From contig JADKAE010000004.1 in assembly GCA_016715405.1 (NCBI GenBank), positions 119,693 to 183,692 on the forward strand: DNA of 64,000 nucleotides. The letters run 5' to 3'. Position 1 is the first letter of the stretch. Every line of letters starts with the position of its first letter. Origin of the DNA: Saprospiraceae bacterium. Lineage in GTDB: Bacteria; Bacteroidota; Bacteroidia; Chitinophagales; Saprospiraceae. Shown in pieces: positions 9,596-17,682 of the stretch. The notes under the pieces are model-generated. The model was not told the DNA's origin. It saw nothing but the letters and a program-made list of their open reading frames with translations, and searched no databases. The position numbers and the translations under genes were made by a program.

Positions 9596-10363
9596 TCAGC
9601 GCTCGGCGAAATAAGTTTTCGAGGCTTCAAAATTGCCAAAAACCCCGATTGCCTCCCAGATGCCGGGCGACAGGCCCTGGCACGCTGCAACCATTTTGTC
9701 GGCTTGCGCGCAGCTCGCCGATTCATTGAGTTGAACCAGGTAGTGCGACATGCGGTCCTTTTGTTGTTGAAGGTATGTCAGCTCGGCTTCGTCCAGCTTA
9801 TACAGCTCGGGGTCGGGAGATTCATTTACAGCCTGCCAGCACGACGTATTCAACAGCGCTATTTGCTGGGCAATGGCTTCCCATTCTGTTTGGCAAGCTC
9901 TTTTATCCGATAGCACTTGTCGCAACCAACTGGAAGCGGCCTGCGCATTGTAGAGATAGTCGGGGTAATAGGCTATTTCACGGCTTTTGCGCAATTCGGT
10001 CCATTCGTAGCGCACGTGTTCGAGCAAGTTGGCTCCTACCACGGCGCAATTGTTGTCAATTTCATATAGGGCATCACCCAGCCAGGCGTCGATGCGGTCA
10101 AATCCGTATTGCCAGGTTTTATCGTCTTCAAAGCGATGGCTGTAGCGCATGTCCACTTTTTGCCATTCAAAAGCCAGGTAGAGGGCTGCGTGTTTAGCGC
10201 GGTTGGCATCTCCCTGCATCGAATAATACAAGACAGGCACAAAGGCCTGGTCGAAATTCACCATAGCGCGTGTGAGCGCTTCGTCGTCGTCGTCTTGCCG
10301 GCAACCAGAAAATATCAAAGCGCCAATGCACAAAGCCCATATGAACACCTTGTTCTTTGCCAT
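9596..10363 (-). CDS. hypothetical lipoprotein, all-helical
   Basis: 255 aa with lipobox LIFSGC. No recognisable family. It is the first gene of an apparent lipoprotein-CBS-CBS unit. Confidence 0.65.
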   Translation of the reverse strand: MAKNKVFIWALCIGALIFSGCRQDDDDEALTRAMVNFDQAFVPVLYYSMQGDANRAKHAALYLAFEWQKVDMRYSHRFEDDKTWQYGFDRIDAWLGDALYEIDNNCAVVGANLLEHVRYEWTELRKSREIAYYPDYLYNAQAASSWLRQVLSDKRACQTEWEAIAQQIALLNTSCWQAVNESPDPELYKLDEAELTYLQQQKDRMSHYLVQLNESASCAQADKMVAACQGLSPGIWEAIGVFGNFEASKTYFAER

Positions 10364-10388
10364 AAGACGTGTGGTTGATGATCTTTAT

Positions 10389-10396
10389 CAAAATTA
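10389..10396 (-). promoter_or_regulatory. -7 promoter box (TAATTTTG on minus strand)
   Basis: Forward caaaatta, 25 nt upstream of ATG 10363. Confidence 0.5.
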
Positions 10397-10406
10397 AGCC
10401 CTAATA

Positions 10407-10436
10407 CCGCTGAAATATTATGACAATATTCAGCGG
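10407..10436. terminator. hairpin after the USP gene
   Basis: ccgctgaaatatt / aatattcagcgg form a 12-13-bp stem with loop atgac, about 55 nt downstream of the stop at 10490. Confidence 0.5.
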
Positions 10437-10441
10437 CCGGG

Positions 10442-10455
10442 TTGATTTTTATCAG
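10442..10455. promoter_or_regulatory. FNR/FixK-type palindrome TTGAT-N4-ATCAG
   Basis: ttgatttttatcag. Its centre at 10448.5 is 59.5 bp from the G end of the -7 box at 10389. Confidence 0.55.
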
Positions 10456-10489
10456 AAAAAGAAAGGGGTCGGTAACCAGCACAACAGGC

Positions 10490-11656
10490 TCAATCGTGCA
10501 ATACCAACAGCGGGATTTTTGTGTGAAATGCTTCTTTGGATGTGGTGCTGACATGAAAAACTTCGTCGACGAGGTTGCGACTGCGGTGTACCATACACAG
10601 CATGTCGGCGCCGTTGTCGGCCACAAAATCGTCGATACTGGTAATCGTGCCGTTGTCGCTTTTTAGTTCGTAGTGGAAGGAGTGCTCTACAGGCTCCAAT
10701 AATTGGTCGACAGAGGGATCGATGCCCTGGTCGGCTTCGCCCGTATCTTTGTGATAAATTTTGACCTTGACGTGAAAGCGCTGGGCCAGTTTCAGCAGGG
10801 CGTCTACCACCAAGCCGGAAGACAACTTCAGGTTGTCGATGGCCAATACGAAGGTTTGTAATGGCTTAAAAACAGCCGATTCGGGGATAGCCAGCACGGG
10901 GGTGCGCGTATTTCGTATTACACCGTTGGTGACGCTGCCAATGAACACCTCGCGAAGGCCGGTAGCGCCCTTGGTGCCCATCACAATGAGGTCGTATTCG
11001 GAAAGATCAGCCAGGTCGGCTATTACCGATACGGCATCGCCGCGCAATACTTTGGCTTCCATCGTTACGCCCAGCTCGAGTTTGGGTTTATTTTGTGCAA
11101 TAATCTTGCCAACCTCTTCGATGGCGTCTTGTTGGATGATCGACTCTACAGACAAAAACATGCCGGCAGAGCTATACACCTTGTAGGTGTGCAGCAAGGT
11201 GATCTTCGACCCAAAAGCGTTGGCTATGGCTATGGCGTAATCGAGGGCATTGCCGGCAGGGGCGGAAAAATCGGTAGGAACCAGTATCTTTTTCATAGGA
11301 ATATCTTTTGGTTCAAGATCCAGAAAATTAATCAGCAACTGCCTGAGTTCTGATACACTGGGAACCTCCTGTTGAAAAAGCACCTTCCCATTGATCGCAA
11401 GAGCGGGAATACCTGAAATATCGTACTGTAGAAGTTTGTCAATTTCTGTGACTTCTTCTACCGGCATATCAAGAGACAGCTCTGCCAATGCTTCAAGCAA
11501 ATTAGCCTTAAGCTTGCGATTAAGCGCTGATCCGATGCCCAAGAGTTCCAGCTTGGGGCGCTCTTTATGAGATGTCTTCTTAAATAACATGCAACCGAAG
11601 TAAACTACGGGATTTTTCGCCTTCCGGAAAACCATCTCGCAACTCGCGCCATACAC
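10490..11656 (-). CDS. Cys-less thioredoxin-fold (TM0983-like) domain fused to tandem universal stress protein domains
   Basis: Single ORF. Residues ~35-115 (LELLGIGSALNRKLKANLLEALAEL...GIPALAINGKVLFQQEVPSVSELRQLL) resemble the small Thioredoxin_3 family, with CxxC replaced by SALN. Then MKKILVPTDFS... gives two USP domains (DLIVMGTKGATG..., ADMLCMVHRSRN). A GTG start at 11656 fits the -7 box; an internal ATG at 11296 would give USP alone. Confidence 0.7.
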   Translation of the reverse strand: MYGASCEMVFRKAKNPVVYFGCMLFKKTSHKERPKLELLGIGSALNRKLKANLLEALAELSLDMPVEEVTEIDKLLQYDISGIPALAINGKVLFQQEVPSVSELRQLLINFLDLEPKDIPMKKILVPTDFSAPAGNALDYAIAIANAFGSKITLLHTYKVYSSAGMFLSVESIIQQDAIEEVGKIIAQNKPKLELGVTMEAKVLRGDAVSVIADLADLSEYDLIVMGTKGATGLREVFIGSVTNGVIRNTRTPVLAIPESAVFKPLQTFVLAIDNLKLSSGLVVDALLKLAQRFHVKVKIYHKDTGEADQGIDPSVDQLLEPVEHSFHYELKSDNGTITSIDDFVADNGADMLCMVHRSRNLVDEVFHVSTTSKEAFHTKIPLLVLHD

Positions 11657-11678
11657 CGGGCGTTCCCTTTATTTATGG

Positions 11679-11686
11679 CAAAAATA
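11679..11686 (-). promoter_or_regulatory. -7 promoter box (TATTTTTG on minus strand)
   Basis: Forward caaaaata, 22 nt upstream of the GTG at 11656. Confidence 0.5.
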
Positions 11687-11731
11687 CCCTAAAGTCAAGG
11701 GCCAAGTTCCCTGGCCTTGTCATTCTATCCA

Positions 11732-11745
11732 ATGATTTTTATCAT
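11732..11745. promoter_or_regulatory. FNR/FixK-type palindrome ATGAT-N4-ATCAT
   Basis: atgatttttatcat. Its centre at 11738.5 is 59.5 bp from the -7 box end at 11679. It lies in the divergent intergenic region between the USP gene and the FixL-like gene. Confidence 0.55.
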
Positions 11746-11829
11746 TGCAACCATATGTCCATTTCACTTATGCGGGCGGGAATAAAAATCTTTCTCCTCA
11801 ACCATGCGTGCGTTCACAAAATGATCGCT

Positions 11830-11837
11830 TATTTTTG
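11830..11837 (+). promoter_or_regulatory. -7 promoter box TATTTTTG for the kinase gene
   Basis: An exact TAnnTTTG match, 13 nt upstream of ATG 11851. Confidence 0.45.
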
Positions 11838-11850
11838 GCATTCTTAAACT

Positions 11851-13135
11851 ATGCTTAAATCAAGTATTTCAGACGACGCGCTACGGCTAAAGGCCATCAT
11901 CGAAACTGCCACAGACGTTATTATCATTATTGACGAAAATGGCGCGGTTGAATTGGCCAACGAAGCCGCTTTCCGTCTCTTTGGGTATACCCGCGAAGAG
12001 CTGGTGGGCCAAAATATTGCCATGGTAATGCCCGAACCCCACCGCAGCCGGCACGATGAATATATCAGGCGCTATTGCGAAACCGGCCACAAAAAAATTA
12101 TCGGCATAGGCCGCGAGGTGGAAGGCCGCCGCAAGGATGGCACCGTCTTTCCTCTGCGCCTCAGTGTAAGTGAAGTAAAATTGCAGGATAAACGCATCTT
12201 CGCCGGCATTATTCACGACCTCTCCGAACAACGCGCCGCAGAAAGTCGCATTATCAAGCTGAATGCCGAACTCGAACAACGCGTCGAGATGCGCACCGAA
12301 GAACTCGCCAACGCAGTGAATCAACTGCTCAAGATTAACAAAAAACTGGAACGCGAAATCAAGGAACGAGAAGCCGCCGAAATGCTGATTAAGGAAAATG
12401 AAACAAGGCTCAAGGATGCGCTTCAAAGAGAAAAAGAACTCAGCGAACTCAAGTCGCGCTTCGTGTCGATGGCTTCTCACGAATTTCGCACCCCCCTCAG
12501 CACGATCCTATCTTCCGCCGACCTCATAGAAGCCTATGTCGCCGGTGAACAACAACCCAAACGCGAAAAACACGTCAAACGCGTCAAATCGGCAGTGGCC
12601 ACGCTTACCGGTATCCTCAACGACTTTCTTTCCCTCAGCAGGCTGGAGGAAGGCCAAATCGTTACCGAACCCGTGCATTTTCAACTCCGCAGTTTTTGCG
12701 ACGAAATCACCGACGAAATTCACGGACTGCTCAAACCCGGCCAGCATATCGTACACCTCATCCCGGAAGAACCCGTGAATTTGTTTTTGGACAAAAAATT
12801 TCTTAAAAATATTTTCTTTAACCTCTTGTCCAACGCCATTAAATACTCCGACGCCGATCTTCCTATCGAATGCGAAACCACGCTGAAAGACGACAAGCTC
12901 TGCATTCGCATCACCGACCAGGGTATCGGTATCCCCGAAGAAGAACAACAACACCTCTTTACCCGCTTTTTTCGCGCCCACCATGTGGAAAATATTCAGG
13001 GTACCGGTCTCGGCCTGAATATCGTGAAGCGATACGTAGAACTCATGCGGGGGCTATTTCTTTGAAAGCGAATTGAGCAAAGGCACCACTTTCGTTGTAG
13101 AAATTCCGCTAGTGCAGGAAAAAAACGAGCTTTGA
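11851..13135 (+). CDS. FixL-like haem-PAS sensor histidine kinase (two indels near the 3' end)
   Basis: The PAS segment MPEPHRSRHDEYIRRY..IIGIGREVEGRRKDGTVFPLRLSVSEV..FAGIIHDLSEQ parallels the Bradyrhizobium FixL haem pocket. It also has a coiled coil, H-box MASHEFRTPLS, and N/G boxes NLLSNAIKYS, DQGIGIP, GTGLGLNIVK. The expected C-terminus ELHAGAISFESELSKGTTFVVEIPL is recovered by single-base repairs near 13044 and 13061. Confidence 0.85.
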
Positions 13136-13224
13136 GCCGTACATCCCAGGAAAAAGCATGGCGGGTGCTACTTTTTTACTAATTTAGCCCTATTGACCTT
13201 ATTGACCAATAGTCTGTTGCACAC

Positions 13225-14267
13225 ATGAAGAAAATACTCGTTATAGAAGACAATGCCGACGTAAGGGAAAACCTGGAAGAGATTCTCGAATTATCCGGCT
13301 ATGATGTCCTGCTCGCAGAAGATGGCACGGTAGGCGTGGAAAAAGCGCTCAAAGAAATGCCCGACCTCATCTTGTGCGATGTGATGATGCCCAAACTCGA
13401 CGGCTACGGCGTACTCAATATCCTGAGCAAAAAAAGCCAGACTTCAAATATTCCCTTTATTTTCTTACCGCTAAAGCGGAAAAAACCGATTTCCGCAGGG
13501 GCATGAATCTCGGCGCCGACGATTATATCACCAAGCCATTTTATAAAGACGAATTACTATCGGTGATCGAAACCCGCCTGCGCAAAAGCGAACTGGTGCG
13601 CAAGCAGTTTGACCGTACCGAACAAGGCCTCAGCGCTTTTATCAACGACGTGCGCGGCTACGAGGAATTGCGCAAACTGTCGAGCGAGCGCAAGACAAAA
13701 AACCTCAAAAAACGCGAAATGCTCTTCGAAGAAGGCGATTACCCGCGGTATATTTATTTTGTAAAAGGCGGTAATGTCAAGGTCTTTAAAACCAATGAAG
13801 ACGGCAAAGAGTATATCATCACTATCGCCGGCCCCGGGGATTTTCTGGGTTACATGGACCTCATCAAGGAAAGCCGCCATACCGAATCGGCTGCGGCCCT
13901 CGAAGAGGCCGAGGTGAGCCTCATCCCCAAAGAAGATTTTATCGCCCTGCTCTACGCCAACCGCGACGTATCTTCCCAGCTTATCAAGATGCTGGCCAAT
14001 AATATCGCTGAAAAAGAAGAACAACTCCTCCACCTGGCCTATAACTCGGTGCGCAAACGCGTGGCCGACGCCGTGCTGCTGCTCGCCGAAAAAACGGACT
14101 CCGGCGATATCAATATCCTGCGCGATGACTTAGCCCGCATTGTGGGCACAGCCAAGGAAAGTGTGATCCGCATGCTCACCGAATTCAAAGAAGACGGCTA
14201 TATCGATATCAAAGACGGTATTATCGTGGTGAAAAATCGCGATAAGCTGCGGAATATGCCCGGTTGA
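13225..14267 (+). CDS. response regulator: receiver domain fused to Crp/Fnr-type cNMP-binding-like and HTH domains (one indel)
   Basis: REC domain MKKILVIEDN..LILCDVMMPKLDG..IPFIFL|TAKAEKTDFRRGMNLGADDYITKPF, with a 1-nt deletion near 13467. A Crp-like beta-barrel (MLFEEGDYPRYIYFVKGGNVKVF) and HTH (IVGTAKESVIRMLTEFKEDGYI) follow. The REC C-terminal half and the Crp part share one uninterrupted ORF (13374-14267). Confidence 0.85.
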
Positions 14268-14270
14268 TAA

Positions 14271-14344
14271 GAGAATGGGAGAGGGGAGAGGAGGGGCGAG
14301 AACTGTATCCCCGCTCTCCCCTCACCCCCTCACCCCCTCCCTCT
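14271..14344. terminator. periodic-arm hairpin (GGGAGAG / CTCTCCC type) between convergent genes
   Basis: gagaatgggagaggggagaggaggggcgag / ccccgctctcccctcaccccctcaccccctccctc. The right arm overlaps the last natB codons. Confidence 0.5.
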
Positions 14345-15555
14345 GAGTAGCTTCCAATTCACCTTCTCTCCCGTTACCACGTTTTCATTGCCGAAGATGT
14401 GCGATGCCAGGTAAAGCGCCAGCAATCCATACAGCAAGGCAAAAAACACGACCAATACCATTGCGGGCAGGCTGAACGTGCCTTTGAAGATGGCGCCGAT
14501 GGCCAGACAAATATTGAGCACGGGTACCAGCGCGGTAGTCATCGTAAGCTCCATGCCGGGCATCTGGGCCATCACAGCCGGGATGAGCACCAGCATCATG
14601 AGGGGCGACACGTAACTTTGTGATTCTTTGTACGAATTGGCCAGCAGCGATACCGCCATGCTGAGCGCCGCCAGGAAAACCGTAGACAAAACGATGAGCG
14701 TGATCATCCATACCCAGCCCTGCGCACTGACGGCCAGCGAAATAGCGCTCACATTGCCGCCCATAATTTTGGCTTGCAACAACACGGCAAATACCAAACT
14801 AAACAGGTTCATCAGGGCAGAGGCGAGGCCTACGCAGGCCACCGCCAGGAATTTACCCGCGATGATCTCCCGCACGTTTACCGGAGTAGTAAACAGCGTT
14901 TGCAGGGTGCGCCGCTCTTTTTCGCCGGCGGTAATGTCGATGGCGATGTATATGCAACCTGTGAAGATAAACAACATCAGCAGCATAGGCGCGTATGTAC
15001 CCAGTACTTTGCCGATTCGTTGACTCGGTTTGGCCAGGTCTTCTTCCTGTATCAACAGGGGCTGGGCGAAGGTGGGCGGCAGTTTTACGCCCTGCAGGCG
15101 CTCTTCGAGCAGCGACTGGTTGAGTTTGTTGAGCAAGCCGGTTATGGATTGCTTGCGACCGTCGAGCAGGTCTTTTGAGAAGTCGCCTGTTATGCGCAGG
15201 ATCACCGACTCGTTGGCGGCAAGCCCGGCGGCGTAATTGCCGTCTACCCGGATGCCTATGGTGTTTTTCTCTTCGGTCAGCGCCTGGCTGTCAAATGCCT
15301 GCACTTTGACTACAAACGAGGGGTCGCTGCCAATTAGCCCAGGCACCGGCGTCTGCTCCAGTGCCGGGTCGATGAGCACGGTCACTTTTTCCTGCTGCAT
15401 CTTGCCGGCCTGGCTTTGCCCTACCTTGCCGATGAGGAAAAACAAGGCCGGATACAGGAAAAACGGCAGCAATATGACGAGGTACAAGGTGCGCTTGTCG
15501 CGCAAACCTCGAGGATTTCTTTGCGGAATATGGTATTGATGATGGAGGTACGCAT
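14330..15555 (-). CDS. natB: ABC-2 type transporter permease, NatB-like (one indel)
   Basis: 391-aa ORF with multi-pass C-terminal helices. The true N-terminus MRTSIINTIFRKEILEVLRDKRTLYLVILLP is recovered from ATG 15555 if one A is added to the AAA run at 15504-15506. Confidence 0.8.
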
Positions 15556-15565
15556 GTGTTGTGGT

Positions 15566-15640
15566 TTTAGCAATTAGCTCTTAGCAATTAGCGGTCAGTT
15601 CTTTGAAGCTGATTGCTGTTAGCTGACTGCTGATTGCTAA
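15566..15640. terminator. periodic-arm hairpin (TTAGCAA type) between natA and natB
   Basis: tttagcaattagctcttagcaattagcggtcag / ctgattgctgttagctgactgctgattgctaaa. It abuts the natA stop and ends 11 nt before the natB ATG. Confidence 0.5.
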
Positions 15641-16365
15641 AATTGGACCATTTCAAAAAACGCATCGGCCAGCCGGGCCTGATTGGTGGCGGCGAGGGCC
15701 GAATCTATATCGCCGTGGTGTTGGAGGCGGCCTTTGTGGATAATCACCACGCGGTCGCACAGGCGCTCCACTTCGTCGAGGTGGTGCGTGGAGAAGATCA
15801 CAGCTTTGCCGTTCTCCCTGGCCATACGGCGAATGAATTGCAGGATAAACTCGCTGGCCATGATATCGAGTCCGGTGGTGGGTTCGTCGAGGACTACCAC
15901 TGCCGGGTCGTGCACCAGGGTGCGGGCGATGGATACGCGTTGCTTTTGCCCAGTGGACAATTTTTCGCAGTGTTTGTCTTTAAAATCGCCGATGCCGAAG
16001 GCTTCTACCAGTTCGTCGATGCGGCGCCGGAGCTCGGGCCGTGGTACTTCGTAAAGTTGACCGAAGTAGGTGAGGAGTTCTACGGGGGTAAGGCGCCTGT
16101 ACAGGTCCATGTCGCCGGTGAGGAAGCCGAGTGCGCGGCGTGCGACCAGGGGTTCTTTTTGCACCGAGTGTTGGTTGATAAAAGCTTCGCCGGCGGTGGG
16201 GGCGAGCAGTCCGGCCAACATGCGCAGCGTGGTGGTCTTACCGGCGCCGTTGGGGCCGAGCAGTCCCACGATCTCGCCGGGGTGTACTTCAAAACTGACC
16301 TCTTGCACGGCATGTACCTCGCCAAAGCGTTTTCCCAGATTGCGGGCTTCTATTGATGCGGGCAT
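15637..16365 (-). CDS. natA: ABC transporter ATP-binding protein, NatA-like
   Basis: 242 aa with Walker A GPNGAGKTT, signature LSTGQKQRV and Walker B VVVLDEPTTGLD. Confidence 0.9.
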   Translation of the reverse strand: MPASIEARNLGKRFGEVHAVQEVSFEVHPGEIVGLLGPNGAGKTTTLRMLAGLLAPTAGEAFINQHSVQKEPLVARRALGFLTGDMDLYRRLTPVELLTYFGQLYEVPRPELRRRIDELVEAFGIGDFKDKHCEKLSTGQKQRVSIARTLVHDPAVVVLDEPTTGLDIMASEFILQFIRRMARENGKAVIFSTHHLDEVERLCDRVVIIHKGRLQHHGDIDSALAATNQARLADAFFEMVQF

Positions 16366-16522
16366 ACGTGATTGTTTTTTTATGGGTTAGTAGAGGGGAG
16401 GGGGGATTTCTTACGGGAAGGTTTGCTTTTTTCCACGAATACAAGATAATATCCGATTATTTGCAATACAAATTCGATAAATAAACTTATCCCACATTAA
16501 CTTCGCATAAAAAGCCCCCATA

Positions 16523-17044
16523 GTGGAGCAGCAGTTCAAAGAGTTGATAGACCGCCACAACGGCATTTTGTACAAAATAGCCCGTTCGTACGCGCCGGAG
16601 CGGGAAGACATGCGCGACTTGTACCAGGAGATGCTGGTGCAGGTATGGCGGGCGCTGCCCGATTTCCGGGGGGAATCGCAGGCCTCTACCTGGATGTACC
16701 GCATTGCGCTCAACACGGCTTTGTCGTACCAGCAAAAACAACGCCGGCAGCAGACTGTGTTGCGGGGCGACGAATATTTTCCAGTAGTAATAGACGAAGG
16801 CATCGGCGCCGCGCAAGCCCAGCAACATCGCATCGACCTGTTGTACCGCTGCATCAGCAAGCTCGACAAAGATGAAAGAGCTATCATACTGCTCTACCTC
16901 GATGAAAAAAGCTACGAAGACATGGCGACAATCCTTGGTATTTCCGTCAACCTGGTGGGCGTGAAAATCCATCGCATCAAGAAAAAATTGCAGCAATTGC
17001 TGCTCGAAAACGAAGAATGGGTGAACGTCTGGCAGGAAGAATAA
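16523..17044 (+). CDS. ECF-type RNA polymerase sigma-70 factor
   Basis: 173 aa with a GTG start. Region 2 (DLYQEMLVQVWRALPDFRGESQASTWMYRIALN) and region 4 (ERAIILLYLDEKSYEDMATILGISVNLVGVKIHRIKKKL) are present. Confidence 0.85.
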   Translation: MEQQFKELIDRHNGILYKIARSYAPEREDMRDLYQEMLVQVWRALPDFRGESQASTWMYRIALNTALSYQQKQRRQQTVLRGDEYFPVVIDEGIGAAQAQQHRIDLLYRCISKLDKDERAIILLYLDEKSYEDMATILGISVNLVGVKIHRIKKKLQQLLLENEEWVNVWQEE

Positions 17045-17053
17045 AAGCGAGCT

Positions 17054-17671
17054 ATGGAAGAATTGGATCTTCGATCGATATGGAAAGACAATGATGCGGC
17101 TGCCGGATCTTACTACCGGCAGTTGAGCGACGAGGTGATGGCCCTGGCCCGCCGTCGTTCGCGCAGCGTGATCGACAAGGTAAAGCGCATCATTGTGATT
17201 GAATTTGTCGCAGGCCTCGCGATTGCCGTTGCGGCGGCGATCGGTACCTGGAAATACGCCTCCCAACCCGTCTTTTTCCTTTTGGTTATCGCGGGGGCAC
17301 TGGTGGCGGGCTGCTACCCCTACTACTGGCTGTGGCGGCGCATGCGGCACATCCACGAAAAGCCGGTATTGGAAGCCCTCGACGAACAGATTGTGATTTT
17401 GCAGTCGTATATTAGCCACGTAGTATGGCTGGTGGGCGCTTTATTGCCATTGGGTTACATCTCCGGATTTTTCATCGGCGCCATAGAAGGCGGCGCACCC
17501 TGGCCCGGCGTATTGTTGTCGTGGAAAATGTGGGCTATTGCGGCGCCCCTCGGCGTTGGGATTTGCTGGTTGATCGTATTTTTTACAAAAAAATATATGA
17601 ATGCCACCATAGGGCGGCAGGTAGCAGAACTCAGGCGGATTAAATTGGAATTGGAACACGAAGTGCAATAA
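17054..17671 (+). CDS. hypothetical membrane protein downstream of the ECF sigma gene
   Basis: 205 aa with about four predicted TM helices, starting 9 nt after the sigma gene. No zf-HC2 anti-sigma motif was seen. Confidence 0.6.
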   Translation: MEELDLRSIWKDNDAAAGSYYRQLSDEVMALARRRSRSVIDKVKRIIVIEFVAGLAIAVAAAIGTWKYASQPVFFLLVIAGALVAGCYPYYWLWRRMRHIHEKPVLEALDEQIVILQSYISHVVWLVGALLPLGYISGFFIGAIEGGAPWPGVLLSWKMWAIAAPLGVGICWLIVFFTKKYMNATIGRQVAELRRIKLELEHEVQ

Positions 17672-17682
17672 CAGGAGGCGGA

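Noticed and set aside
10375-10391. TTGAT-N7-ATCAA as a second FNR-type box upstream of the lipoprotein gene
   Set aside because: The 7-nt spacer does not fit the 5-4-5 geometry of Crp/Fnr sites, and the right half overlaps the -7 box. It is probably fortuitous.
15634-16356. 240-aa plus-strand ORF mirroring natA. Similar long mirror ORFs lie at 16487-17419, 27263-28033, 38237-39037, 45429-46223, 49873-50658, 51571-52719, 61346-61930, 62028-62654 and 63069-63992.
   Set aside because: Each lies antisense to a confidently identified gene (natA, ECF sigma, S1 protease, OmpA, coaBC, gldB, guaB, lipoprotein, carB). None has a recognisable domain, and their lengths track the sense ORF.
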